A stretch of 64,000 bases of DNA from a virus. The notes under the pieces were generated by a model, which was given only the letters and a program-made list of their open reading frames with translations, did not search any database and was not told the DNA's origin. Numbering within the stretch: the first letter of the stretch is position 1; each line of letters opens with the position of its first letter. Below are positions 1 to 8,738 of the stretch, one piece after another. The translations under genes were made by a program, and so were the position numbers. Where the stretch lies: IMG/VR virus record IMGVR_UViG_3300046692_000383, positions 1 through 64,000 of that record; one strand, written 5' to 3'.

Positions 1-2
1 CT

Positions 3-92
3 AACAAGGCTAAGCGCGAAAAGTTGCTTGAGCGCTTGGTACTGGAAGGTAAGCTACTGTTTAATAACCGAAACTACTCGTTGATTGTGTAA
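3..92 (+). CDS. C-terminal fragment of an upstream gene that runs off the window start (function unknown)
   Basis: Frame 3 is open from the window edge to TAA at 90-92 with a protein-like translation (…KAKREKLLERLVLEGKLLFNNRNYSLIV). A hairpin follows. Confidence 0.3.
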   Translation, partial: NKAKREKLLERLVLEGKLLFNNRNYSLIV

Positions 93-111
93 ACTATAGC
101 TAAACACTCTA

Positions 112-131
112 ACGGCCTAGCGGCCGTTTGT
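112..131. terminator. putative intrinsic terminator hairpin (ACGGCC-tagc-GGCCGT followed by TTTGTT)
   Basis: Inverted repeat read directly, located just after the partial CDS and before the helicase RBS. Confidence 0.3.
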
Positions 132-165
132 TATATAATAGATTTCCATTATAAGGAACCTCGGT

Positions 166-1677
166 ATGATTGAGTTGAACCTTGCGGATGTGCGGCCACC
201 GAAGATTCGGCCGCCTTCGCATCCACCCACAGTGGAGCAGCAACACATTCTTGACCTCGCCAAAACTGACGGAGTCTTGAAGGTAATTGCTGGCGCTGGT
301 ACAGGTAAGACTGCCACCTTGGTAATGTCTGCTGACCAGGATCCGCGGCCAACGCTATACATGGCCTTCAACAAGGACATGGCAACTGAGGCGTATGCCC
401 GCATGCCAGACCATGTAACCTGCCAAACTACCCATAGCGTGGCTTTCGGCTTTTTCGGCCGGGCCCTGTCAGAAGCTGGAAAACTATCACGTCCGTATGG
501 TGCATATGTTAACGTCAAGGGAACTGGCAAAGAGATTGCAATCTCGATGCGTCTTGCCGGCTCTCGAAAAGCTGATGGCTCCCAGCTACCGCCATCTGTA
601 ATTGGTAATTGTGTTCTCGCGACAGTTGCGGCATTTGAGCAATCAGCTGACATAGCCCTGGGCTTCGATCACTTACGACTAAGTGAGCATATTGATCCAG
701 TTCTTTGCAATGCAGTTGGACCCGAAGTTCTTCGCGCTGCCAAAAAACTTTGGAAGGAACGGATTGACGTCAACTGCAATACGCTAGCGACTCATGATAC
801 TTACTTGAAGCTGTTCCAGCTCAGTAAGAATCCAATGGATCGCTATGAAGTAGTGATGCTTGACGAGGCTCAAGATACAAACGCCTGCGTACTGGATATT
901 TTTTCCAGCATGTCTGCCAAGCTGAAAATCCTAGTTGGCGATCCATACCAGCAGATTTACGCCTGGCGCGGATCCGTTAATGCCATGGAGCAAGTTGTTG
1001 CTCGAGAAGCGTTCTTGACTGAGTCCTTCCGCTTCAGCCAGGGTGTCGCTGAAGTTGCCAACTACCTATTGAATATGTTTGAGCCAGCAAAGTTCACAGT
1101 CAAGGGTCTTGGCCAAACCCGGATGGTTGACCGACGCCAGATTATTGGTCCACACACTTGTCTGTTTCGTACCAACGCTGGGTTACTGAGTCTGGCAATG
1201 ACTCTTATCCCTCAAGGGGCAAAGGTCGAGCTGAACACAGACGTCAAGGACTTAGTCCGGTTGGTCGAGGCAGCAATCTCGCTGCAGACCGGCAACATGA
1301 ACGGCGTCAAGCATCCAACGCTTATGCCATACAATAGTTGGCTCGAGATTGTCGAAGAGTCAGCTAGCTCGCCAGAGCTCCGACGCCTCGTTATCATGGA
1401 GGCTGACTACACTTTGAACGTGGTACTTGCCACTCTCAAAGCGTATAAGAAACCGCCTAACCCTGACATCGTTTTGACAACTGCCCACAAGTCAAAGGGT
1501 CTCGAGTACGATAACGGAATACTTGCCAACGACTTCAAAGAGCTAGACGACATTACCGAAGAAGAGCGCAACCTACTGTACGTAGCCTTGACTCGTTTCA
1601 AAAAACTATTGGCCTTGAACCTGGTCATTATTGATATCGTTAACCAAGAGATCGAAAAGAATGGACAACCAGCATAA
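166..1677 (+). CDS. SF1 DNA helicase, UvrD/Rep/PcrA-like
   Basis: Walker A AGAGTGKT, Walker B VVMLDEAQD, motif VI-like TTAHKSKGLEYD and LYVALTRFK near the C-terminus. RBS AAGGAAC precedes the ATG. Confidence 0.75.
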   Translation: MIELNLADVRPPKIRPPSHPPTVEQQHILDLAKTDGVLKVIAGAGTGKTATLVMSADQDPRPTLYMAFNKDMATEAYARMPDHVTCQTTHSVAFGFFGRALSEAGKLSRPYGAYVNVKGTGKEIAISMRLAGSRKADGSQLPPSVIGNCVLATVAAFEQSADIALGFDHLRLSEHIDPVLCNAVGPEVLRAAKKLWKERIDVNCNTLATHDTYLKLFQLSKNPMDRYEVVMLDEAQDTNACVLDIFSSMSAKLKILVGDPYQQIYAWRGSVNAMEQVVAREAFLTESFRFSQGVAEVANYLLNMFEPAKFTVKGLGQTRMVDRRQIIGPHTCLFRTNAGLLSLAMTLIPQGAKVELNTDVKDLVRLVEAAISLQTGNMNGVKHPTLMPYNSWLEIVEESASSPELRRLVIMEADYTLNVVLATLKAYKKPPNPDIVLTTAHKSKGLEYDNGILANDFKELDDITEEERNLLYVALTRFKKLLALNLVIIDIVNQEIEKNGQPA

Positions 1678-1951
1678 GCAAATTAAAGGCTACCGCGACC
1701 TTTCCCAGGTCGAAATCGATTTGATGAACCGCATTAAGATCAAAGAGGCAGAGGTATTGGCTTTGCATAACGAGGTACATGCTTTGCTAGTTACACAGCC
1801 TGGCCAAGCGGGCGATTACCGCTACCGGGAGATTCTCGACGCTGAGCCACTTCGTTGGGCAGCTATTGCCAAGACCGATATTCAAACTGGCTTCATGGCT
1901 TTGATCCGTGCAGTAGCCCAGCCTGCGTCACTTGTCCTGGAAGCTAAATAA
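1661..1951 (+). CDS. hypothetical protein
   Basis: ORF-track ORF 1631-1951. The internal ATG at 1661 removes most of the overlap with the helicase. No recognisable motif. Confidence 0.4.
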   Translation: MDNQHKQIKGYRDLSQVEIDLMNRIKIKEAEVLALHNEVHALLVTQPGQAGDYRYREILDAEPLRWAAIAKTDIQTGFMALIRAVAQPASLVLEAK

Positions 1952-2344
1952 ATGGCTATGTCGCTTGAGCAATACCTCGTAATCAAAGCAGAACTGACTG
2001 CTGCCCAGACCAAAGAGCTAAAGGCTCGTCTTGAAATGGTGGCAGCCGCTGGTCATACCAAAGTCGGCAGCAAAACCATCACTTTCGACTCCGGCGCCAA
2101 AGTCGAGGTAAAGAACACTGTCAACATCACCATTGACGAGAGCCAACTACCCTCGGTCAAAGAACGTCTTGCTGACGATCGGTTATACTACGCTGTCTTT
2201 GTTCCGAAGCCGAACTTCAGCGCAACAGCTTTCAAGGCGTTGACCGCTGAGCAAAAGGAAATTGTTGAAGACGCTCTCGTCAGTAAGGCTGGTACTCCCG
2301 GCTTCACCGTCAAGAAGCTACCAGGCGGCATTGACCCAGTCTAG
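1952..2344 (+). CDS. hypothetical protein
   Basis: 130-aa ORF abutting the previous gene (stop/start TAAATG), same strand as the module. Confidence 0.5.
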   Translation: MAMSLEQYLVIKAELTAAQTKELKARLEMVAAAGHTKVGSKTITFDSGAKVEVKNTVNITIDESQLPSVKERLADDRLYYAVFVPKPNFSATAFKALTAEQKEIVEDALVSKAGTPGFTVKKLPGGIDPV

Positions 2345-2473
2345 TAGCCAAGGTGATAGGTTTGCCGTATAGGTACAGCAAACCTAATCACTTGTTCTGA
2401 TTGACAGGAAATAACAGTACTCGGTAACATCCTTTTCCTATAGAATAGACGAACGAAAACAAGGAGTTACACC

Positions 2474-3181
2474 TTGGAAATTAAGCTAACAGACGAGGCT
2501 CCACCTGGTCCAGTTCGGATGGTGATCTACGGACTGTCAGGCGCTGGCAAGACACTTCTTGCTGCAACCTGCCCATTCCCTCTGCTCATCAACGGCGAAA
2601 AAGGCTTGTTGTCTTTATCTCCAACGAACATCGCCAAAGTGTATGGCGAAGACCTGTCTTGGATCACTTACAACGTTCCATATATCGATTGCCATTCGAT
2701 CGATAAGCTGAAAGAAATCTACGCATGGCTCCAGACCCCAGACGCATTGAAGTACAAGTCGGTGATTATCGACTCGGCTTCGGATGTTGCGGAAACTGTT
2801 CTAGCTGAAGCTCTTGTTGTCAATAAAGATGGTCGCGCAGCCTACGGTGTAATGGGCCAAGACATGTTGAACCTTGTCAAGGCCTTCCGCGACCTACCGA
2901 CTCACCACCATATCATCTTCCTAGCGAAGGCTGAGAAAGCAAAAGATGACGTGACAGGCGCAATTTCGTTGATGATGAAGTTCCCTGGGAAAATGCTCCA
3001 GTCTGGCTTGCCATATCTCCTAGACACAGTGATGTACTTGGAAGTCGCAGCAAACGGTACCCGTCAGCTACGCACTAAGGCCAACTGGGAAATTACTGCG
3101 AAAGATCGTAGTGGTAAGCTGGAAGAGCTTGAGTATCCTTCGATTGTCCATATCCTCGCCAAGATGGGCATGGATATTTAG
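2474..3181 (+). CDS. Sak4-like RecA-fold ATPase (AAA_24-type phage recombination ATPase)
   Basis: N-terminal Walker A MVIYGLSGAGKTLLA followed by PLLINGEKG, Walker B-like VIIDSASD, ~235 aa. Good RBS AAGGAG. Confidence 0.65.
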   Translation: MEIKLTDEAPPGPVRMVIYGLSGAGKTLLAATCPFPLLINGEKGLLSLSPTNIAKVYGEDLSWITYNVPYIDCHSIDKLKEIYAWLQTPDALKYKSVIIDSASDVAETVLAEALVVNKDGRAAYGVMGQDMLNLVKAFRDLPTHHHIIFLAKAEKAKDDVTGAISLMMKFPGKMLQSGLPYLLDTVMYLEVAANGTRQLRTKANWEITAKDRSGKLEELEYPSIVHILAKMGMDI

Positions 3182-3190
3182 AAATAAAGA

Positions 3191-3219
3191 TGTACAAGTT
3201 AATCTAACTTGTGCATAAT
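3191..3219 (+). promoter_or_regulatory. class-A promoter TGTACA-N17-CATAAT upstream of the SSB-like gene
   Basis: TGTACA 3191-3196, 17-nt spacer, CATAAT 3214-3219. Same architecture recurs at 10 or more sites in the window. Confidence 0.45.
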
Positions 3220-3263
3220 GTGCCACGGCTTAGACACTGTGCCATTCTACAGTGTAAACTTAA

Positions 3264-3920
3264 ATGGGTAAACTTAACATGTCCGTTCAACTCGCTTTCA
3301 ACGCTCAAACCGTCGCTCCAGCTGAAAACTCCTTTGACATGATCCCAGCGGGCTGGTACCGTCAGGTTGTCGAAAAAGCTGAACTGAAGCCAACCAAAGC
3401 CGGTACTGGTAGCTATATCTCCCTGCAAGTTCGTATTCAGGGTCAAGTCGATACCGGCGAGCATGCCAACCGTGTTGTGTTCGGCAACATCAACTACACC
3501 AACCCGAATCCGGAAGCGCAAGACATCGGCCAGCGTCAGCTGTCCGCGCTGTGCCATGCTATCGGTGTGATGAACCTGTCGTCGGTCGAGCAGCTGTGCG
3601 GTATTCCACACGAAGGCCGTATCAAGCAGGGTAAAGCTACCTACAATACTCCTGGTGATGCTTCCAGCGGTGTTGCTTTCGAAGCTCGCAACGAAATCCA
3701 AGGTTTCCGCGCCCTGGGTGGCGGTGCTCCTGCTGCCGGTGCTGCAGCCACCACTTCTGCCCCTGCAAAACCAGCGGCTCCTGTTGCCCCAGTCTCCAAG
3801 CCAGCCCCAGTTGCTCCGGCTCAAGCTGCTCCGGTAACTGAGCAAGCTGCTCCAGAGACAGAGACAGTCGCTCCAGTCGACACAGCAGCTGCTGTTACTG
3901 CACCAGCCCAACCTTGGTAA
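3264..3920 (+). CDS. putative ssDNA-binding protein (DUF669-like, Sak4-associated) with Ala/Pro-rich C-terminal tail
   Basis: N-terminal pattern FDMIPAGWY…KPTKAGTGSYISLQ…NPNPEAQDIGQRQLSALCHAIGV resembles the DUF669 SSB family that sits next to Sak4 genes. The C-terminal ~70 aa are low-complexity A/P/V. Confidence 0.5.
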   Translation: MGKLNMSVQLAFNAQTVAPAENSFDMIPAGWYRQVVEKAELKPTKAGTGSYISLQVRIQGQVDTGEHANRVVFGNINYTNPNPEAQDIGQRQLSALCHAIGVMNLSSVEQLCGIPHEGRIKQGKATYNTPGDASSGVAFEARNEIQGFRALGGGAPAAGAAATTSAPAKPAAPVAPVSKPAPVAPAQAAPVTEQAAPETETVAPVDTAAAVTAPAQPW

Positions 3921-3997
3921 TTGGTTGAGTAAATAATTGTACCCCAGCCTTAAAACTGGGGTATAATTCTATTTGCAATTCGCTCTAAGAGAACAGT

Positions 3998-4408
3998 ATG
4001 AACGACAAGTGGAAGCAACGCTTCATGGCTTTGGCTGAGCATACGGCAGCATGGAGCAAAGAAGAAGCGAAGGTAGGTGCTGTGATGGTAGATGCCAGCA
4101 GATGCTGCCGCGGATTGGGCTTCAATGGTGCCCCTCCTGGCTACGACGACAGTCTTGTCACTCCTGAGAACTCGACCTTCGTTGTAGTCCATGCTGAGGT
4201 CAATGCACTTATCAACTCGACGGGTAAAGACCTGACGATGTTCGTAACCCGAGCGCCATGCCTGGCTTGTGCCGGTGCCATTGCAGCAAGTAGCATCGTC
4301 AGCAAAGTAGTCTGCCCAGTTCCGCTGGGCAGCGGCCGTTGGTCTGAGTCTACTCAACAAGCAATCAAATACTTAAAAGACCGAGGTATTATCGTTGAAC
4401 ACCCTTGA
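3998..4408 (+). CDS. dCMP/cytidine deaminase (zinc-dependent)
   Basis: HAEVNA (H-x-E) and PCLACAGAI (PCxxC) zinc-ligand motifs, ~136 aa. Confidence 0.75.
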   Translation: MNDKWKQRFMALAEHTAAWSKEEAKVGAVMVDASRCCRGLGFNGAPPGYDDSLVTPENSTFVVVHAEVNALINSTGKDLTMFVTRAPCLACAGAIAASSIVSKVVCPVPLGSGRWSESTQQAIKYLKDRGIIVEHP

Positions 4409-4652
4409 AAACAATGCAAACGTATCCGACCCGCTGGATCAAGCTTCTAATGTTCAGCAACTCGAAATTACAGCACTGTTGTCCAGCCATAAGCCAATGT
4501 ACTCCGGCATATCTGCAGAATTCTGTAAAGCGAAAGACGCTTTTGGCGACGACTGCGGCGAGCCGATTCCTGAGCGCCGTCGCAAAGGCCTGCCGGGCGT
4601 GGATATTTGTGTCGACTGCGCGTCAGCCAAGGAACGGAAGAATGGACGTTGA
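4395..4652 (+). CDS. DksA/TraR-family C4 zinc-finger protein
   Basis: C-terminal DCGEPIPERRRKGLPGVDICVDCAS (CxxC-N17-CxxC), 85 aa. Confidence 0.6.
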   Translation: MNTLENNANVSDPLDQASNVQQLEITALLSSHKPMYSGISAEFCKAKDAFGDDCGEPIPERRRKGLPGVDICVDCASAKERKNGR

Positions 4653-5124
4653 TTTTAAAGCTCGCCCACAGTGGAGCCCGCCGCCAGCTCCCTTCCCTTT
4701 GCCCTACGTCAGTCGCGCTGCAGTTGCGCGAGTCAAAGACCCAATCGCAATTCCTACTGAGTGTCCTTGCTGTGGGGGAACAGTCAAACTTTGCAACAAC
4801 GCCGAGATTTACGGTAGCTCGATTGGGGTATGGCCTTTTGCTTATTCCTGCCAAGGTTGCGGTGAAGCCTACGTCGGTTGCCACCCAGACACTGCAATAC
4901 CGCTCGGCACACTTGCGGATAAAGCTCTAAGAACACTAAGAGCAATAGCTAAACAGCATTTCCATTCATACTTGATTCAAGCTAAAATGGAACGTCGTGC
5001 AGGCTACCAATGGCTTGCTAAACAGCTGGAAATTCCGATGGCCGAATGTCATTTCGGCCATTTTAATACGGCCAATGCGCAGCGTGCGCTTGATCTTTGC
5101 GACACTTCAAGAGGAAGTAAATGA
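4642..5124 (+). CDS. Cys-rich (zinc-ribbon-like) protein of unknown function
   Basis: ORF-track ORF 4405-5124 trimmed to the internal ATG 4642 (MDVDF…), which overlaps the TraR-like stop by 11 nt. Motifs CPCCGG…C and CQGCG. Confidence 0.45.
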   Translation: MDVDFKARPQWSPPPAPFPLPYVSRAAVARVKDPIAIPTECPCCGGTVKLCNNAEIYGSSIGVWPFAYSCQGCGEAYVGCHPDTAIPLGTLADKALRTLRAIAKQHFHSYLIQAKMERRAGYQWLAKQLEIPMAECHFGHFNTANAQRALDLCDTSRGSK

Positions 5125-5480
5125 TGAGTACAGTTAAACATAGCGACATGGTAGCAGCCTTGATTAAACCCGGTCAAGCTGTTATTGATACATTGACCCC
5201 AGGCCTGGCCAACTTGCTGCACATGGGGGTTGGCGTTTCAGGCGAGGCAGGCGAACTGCTCGACGCCATCAAAAAAGCTGCCATCTACGGCAAGCCAATT
5301 GACCGTGAAAACGTAGTAGAAGAACTCGGTGATCTTGAGTTTTTCCTAGAAGGCGTACGAGCACAGCTCTGTATTACCAGAGAGGAAACTCTCGAGCACA
5401 ATATCAACAAGCTTTCTAAGCGTTATGCTTCATTGAGCTACTCCGATGAACAAGCAATCGCACGGGCAGACAAACAATAA
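5121..5480 (+). CDS. MazG-like nucleoside triphosphate pyrophosphohydrolase
   Basis: GEAGELLDAIKK and EELGDLEFFLEG (EExxE / ExxD all-alpha NTP-PPase motifs). ATGA overlap with the upstream gene. Confidence 0.65.
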   Translation: MMSTVKHSDMVAALIKPGQAVIDTLTPGLANLLHMGVGVSGEAGELLDAIKKAAIYGKPIDRENVVEELGDLEFFLEGVRAQLCITREETLEHNINKLSKRYASLSYSDEQAIARADKQ

Positions 5481-5779
5481 TGGGTACTTTGATTACTGAT
5501 GTAAACGCGACTACTGCCGCACGTCAAAGCCGTTACGGTACTCTGCAAGAGAATGGCTTGATTAGCCAAGACCTCAAGAATCGTATGCGGGCTTCGCCAA
5601 AGTGGGAAGAGCTGGCTGCGGACCAAAAAGAAGCGCTAGATATGATCCAGCATAAAGTCTCCCGTATCCTCGCTGGCGATGTGACTTACGCGGACAACTG
5701 GCACGATATTGCAGGTTATGCTTCTGTAATCGATAAGCGGCTGGTTGCCGAACAAAGTACGCCCATCGCTAGCCAATAG
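5480..5779 (+). CDS. hypothetical protein
   Basis: 99-aa ORF with a TAATG junction to the MazG-like gene. Followed by a hairpin. Confidence 0.5.
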   Translation: MGTLITDVNATTAARQSRYGTLQENGLISQDLKNRMRASPKWEELAADQKEALDMIQHKVSRILAGDVTYADNWHDIAGYASVIDKRLVAEQSTPIASQ

Positions 5780-5786
5780 TAATACC

Positions 5787-5807
5787 AAGCCCTCCCAGTG
5801 AGGGCTT
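5787..5807. terminator. putative terminator hairpin AAGCCCTC-ccagt-GAGGGCTT
   Basis: Perfect 8-bp inverted repeat directly after the stop at 5779. Confidence 0.35.
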
Positions 5808-5842
5808 ACCATTAAAAGAAACATTTACAACCAGGGATATTT

Positions 5843-6721
5843 ATGACGCCTACTCAACAGAAGATTGAAGACTTCCACGCCCTTCATCAAGCTATCAGCC
5901 TGGAAAGAAAAGAACTTCCTTGGCGTCCGCATTTGGGCCTATCAATTATTGGCCAAGAGTGTAGCCGCAAAACCTGGATGGACTTCCGCTGGTCTTACCA
6001 GTCAGACTTTCCACCAAACGTTATTCGACTATTTGACCGCGGTCACTCTGAGGAACCGCGCTTTGTCAATTACCTACGTGTACTGGGTATCAAAGTCGAA
6101 GAGGTTCACCCGGAAACCGGTAAGCAGTTCAAGACTGCCCACTGCGACGGCCACGTTGGTGGATCGCTTGATGGCTTTGCTTACGGCTTCACTGAGTACC
6201 CAAATGAATGGGTAGTCCTCGAGTTCAAAACCCATAGTCTCAAGTCATTCGACGACTTGGTCAAGAAAGGCGTCAAAGGCAGTAAGCCACAGCACTATGG
6301 CCAAATGCAAGGCTACATGCGCAAGTTCAAGGTCAAGCGTGCCTACTACATGGCTGTATGCAAGAATGACGATCGACTGTACACGGAATGGGTACAGTTG
6401 GACGAGGCGTATGCAGACGGTTTGTTGGACCTGTCAGTAGAGCTGGTATACGGGCCAATCCCAGACCGTGTTGCTTTGTCATCGACTGACCACCGTTGCC
6501 GGTTCTGCGACCATAAACCAGTTTGCTGGTTCCGCTCTGGGGCTGAGCCAGCATTAAACTGCCGAACTTGCGACCATTCTTATCCGAATAAGCAAGGCAC
6601 CTGGGGTTGCGTGTTCAATGGCGTTGAAGCTGACCTCGATTGCTACAACCCGTGCGGCAGCTGGACTAAACGAGCTGAGTACATCAAGCCGCAAGATATT
6701 ATCATCTCGCTCAAAATGTAA
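5843..6721 (+). CDS. PD-(D/E)XK nuclease, Cas4/RecB-like with C-terminal Cys cluster
   Basis: DGF…VLEFKTH (D…E-x-K) core and a C-terminal CRFCDHKPVCW…CRTC cysteine cluster of the kind that binds Fe-S in Cas4/AddB-type nucleases. Position next to Sak4/SSB fits a recombination exonuclease. Confidence 0.6.
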   Translation: MTPTQQKIEDFHALHQAISLERKELPWRPHLGLSIIGQECSRKTWMDFRWSYQSDFPPNVIRLFDRGHSEEPRFVNYLRVLGIKVEEVHPETGKQFKTAHCDGHVGGSLDGFAYGFTEYPNEWVVLEFKTHSLKSFDDLVKKGVKGSKPQHYGQMQGYMRKFKVKRAYYMAVCKNDDRLYTEWVQLDEAYADGLLDLSVELVYGPIPDRVALSSTDHRCRFCDHKPVCWFRSGAEPALNCRTCDHSYPNKQGTWGCVFNGVEADLDCYNPCGSWTKRAEYIKPQDIIISLKM

Positions 6722-6731
6722 GGGGCAGTAA

Positions 6732-8450
6732 GTGGCTGCTTTGGTCAAGAAACTGTTTATGCCGCGTGACTACCAACACGCGGCAGTTAACTACTTATGG
6801 CAATCGTTTGCAGAGAACAGTAGGCACATCGACCCGCTAATGATCCTTCCCACTGGCACCGGGAAGGCTTCACTGTTGGGGATGATTATTCGTGATATTT
6901 ATGCGACCTTCCCCAAGACTGGCCGAGTAATTGTGCTTACTCACGTCAAGGAATTGGTCGAAAATGACGCTGAGTCGATCCGATGGGTATGGCCTAACGT
7001 CAGCCTATCTGTCTACTCCAGTGGTCTGCGAACCAAAGACTTAAGTGGCAGAGTGATTGTAGCAGGTATTCAGTCATTTGTAAATGTGGTGCATGAAGTA
7101 GAGAACCCGTCAGTAGTCATCGTGGACGAGGCTCATCTTATCCCGATGGCTAGTGAGACCACCTACCGCCGCACAATAGACATGCTTCGTGAGAAAAATC
7201 CAAAGTTGGTTGTTATTGGCCTCACAGCGACGCCATACCGTCTTAAGGGCGGTCATTTACTGGAGTGTGGGTTATTCAATCATATTGCATGCGACTTCGG
7301 CTCCCGTGAGAAGTTCCTCCGCTTTATTCGCGAAGGCTATCTAGCCAAGCTGGTCACCAAGCCGACAGAAACTGTATTTGACTTATCGGAAGTTGGCGAA
7401 GTTGGCGGCGACTACAATATGGGCCAGGTTGCAACAGCAGTTGATAAGCTGAACGTGACTGAGGCATGCTGCCGCGAGATGGTCAGTAAAGGTCATGATA
7501 GAAAGAAGTGGTTGATCTTTGCATCATCGATCGAGCATGCTGAGCATATTGCTGAGTGCCTAAATGACTTGGGAATCCGGACAGGAGTAGTACACTCCAA
7601 GTCTGGTAAGTTACGTGACAAGACAATCAAAGAGTTCAAGTTTGGCAAGATGCGCGCCCTGGTCAATATGGGTGTTCTTACTACCGGCTTTGACTTTCCC
7701 GCTATTGACCTTATCGGCATGATGCGGCCAACTAAATCTATCAGCTTGCATATTCAGATGCTTGGCCGAGGCACTCGCCCTGTTTTTGCAGACGGCTATG
7801 ACCTCTCTACGATTATTGGCCGGCTGTCTGCCATTGCCGCTGGACCAAAAGCCAATGGCTGCTTGGTATTCGACTTCGCCCGCAATATTGAAAACTTGGG
7901 CCCTATCAATGATCCTGTTCTTCCTAAAAAGAAGAAGAAAAAGGAGGGTGGTGGGTTCCAAATTGGCGACGTTCCTGTTAAAGTATGCCCAGGGTGCCAA
8001 AGTTACTGTGCCACACGGGCTAACACATGCGAGGACTGCGGCCATGAGTTCCCGCCTCCCACAGTGGACTTGACTCGCTCGGCTTCTGACGAAGAAGCAA
8101 TTGCTGGGTTAAATGGAAGTAAGGCTGATGAGCTAGTCATTGAAGATGTTGACGTAACAATGGTTAACTATGGGCTATACCAAAAACCTGGGAAGCCTCC
8201 GTCTATTCGAGCGACTTACGCTTGTGGGTTTATGAATTACAGCCAGTGGCTCTGCTGGGAACATAAAGGTTCTGCGCAGAAAATGGCGCGCGACTGGTGG
8301 ATCAAGAACACTGGAAATGACAGAGTACCCGCAACTTGCGAAGACTTCTTAGGCAGAAGGGCTGAACTTCAAAAGCCAGTCAAGCTCAAGCTATGGGTCA
8401 AGACCAAAGGATTCCCCGAAATCCTCAATGTAATCTATCAAGGTGAGTGA
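6732..8450 (+). CDS. SF2 DEAD/DEAH-box DNA helicase with C-terminal zinc ribbon
   Basis: Motif I LPTGTGKAS, motif II VVIVDEAHLI, motif III GLTATP, motif VI HIQMLGRGTRP, C-terminal CPGCQSYC…CEDCGHEF. Contains a KKKKKKEGGG run. Confidence 0.7.
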   Translation: MAALVKKLFMPRDYQHAAVNYLWQSFAENSRHIDPLMILPTGTGKASLLGMIIRDIYATFPKTGRVIVLTHVKELVENDAESIRWVWPNVSLSVYSSGLRTKDLSGRVIVAGIQSFVNVVHEVENPSVVIVDEAHLIPMASETTYRRTIDMLREKNPKLVVIGLTATPYRLKGGHLLECGLFNHIACDFGSREKFLRFIREGYLAKLVTKPTETVFDLSEVGEVGGDYNMGQVATAVDKLNVTEACCREMVSKGHDRKKWLIFASSIEHAEHIAECLNDLGIRTGVVHSKSGKLRDKTIKEFKFGKMRALVNMGVLTTGFDFPAIDLIGMMRPTKSISLHIQMLGRGTRPVFADGYDLSTIIGRLSAIAAGPKANGCLVFDFARNIENLGPINDPVLPKKKKKKEGGGFQIGDVPVKVCPGCQSYCATRANTCEDCGHEFPPPTVDLTRSASDEEAIAGLNGSKADELVIEDVDVTMVNYGLYQKPGKPPSIRATYACGFMNYSQWLCWEHKGSAQKMARDWWIKNTGNDRVPATCEDFLGRRAELQKPVKLKLWVKTKGFPEILNVIYQGE

Positions 8451-8451
8451 C

Positions 8452-8622
8452 GTGAACGAACAACTACTCAAAATTATTCAAGCTGTCAACGAAGTCAAGA
8501 ACTGCTTCAACTGCGTGCACATCGATAAGCCGAATAGCCTGTGTAAGAAGTTTGGCAGTCAGCCTCCGATGCGCATCATAGAAGTCGGTTGCCCGCAGCA
8601 CGAGAAAGACATTCCTTTCTGA
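8452..8622 (+). CDS. small Cys-rich protein (GTG start, below ORF-track size cutoff)
   Basis: 56-codon frame VNEQLLKIIQAVNEVKNCFNCVHIDKPNSLCKKFGSQPPMRIIEVGCPQHEKDIPF with CxxC…C…C spacing. Overlaps the helicase stop (TGACGTG). Not in the supplied track. Confidence 0.3.
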   Translation: MNEQLLKIIQAVNEVKNCFNCVHIDKPNSLCKKFGSQPPMRIIEVGCPQHEKDIPF

Positions 8623-8654
8623 CAAAATAATTTAAAAATAATGCGTCTAGGCTA

Positions 8655-8683
8655 TGTACAAGCTAGGCGCCTACAGACATAAT
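8655..8683 (+). promoter_or_regulatory. class-A promoter TGTACA-N17-CATAAT plus conserved leader (GGACACATCGACAAGCAAACAAG)
   Basis: Hexamers and 17-nt spacer read directly. The leader matches the CATCAACAAGCAAACAAC consensus seen at other copies. Confidence 0.5.
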
Positions 8684-8738
8684 GGACACATCGACAAGCA
8701 AACAAGCTTTGTTATTCCAGCCCAATCGGAGATTCACC

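Noticed and set aside
2345-2473. Possible tRNA or ncRNA in the intergenic regions (2345-2473, 9237-9371, 50120-50446, 61760-62456)
   Set aside because: I could not fold any of these into a cloverleaf with a recognisable T-loop (GTTCGA/GTTCAA) by eye. They read better as terminator-plus-promoter regions or the putative origin. A tRNAscan or Infernal run is still needed.
3204-3911. 235-aa minus-strand ORF antisense to the SSB-like gene
   Set aside because: It mirrors the Ala/Pro-rich low-complexity region of the + gene (Ser/Gly/Cys/Trp-rich nonsense composition) and has no RBS. The whole 0-19 kb block is transcribed rightward.
4405-4641. N-terminal 79 codons of ORF 4405-5124
   Set aside because: It completely overlaps the TraR-like gene in another frame. 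An internal ATG at 4642 gives a conventional short overlap.
7921-7950. A-rich run (AAAAAGAAGAAGAAAAAGGAGGG) inside the DEAH helicase as a programmed slippage site
   Set aside because: It simply encodes KKKKKKEGG in frame. No alternative downstream frame of meaningful length is opened by ±1 slippage.
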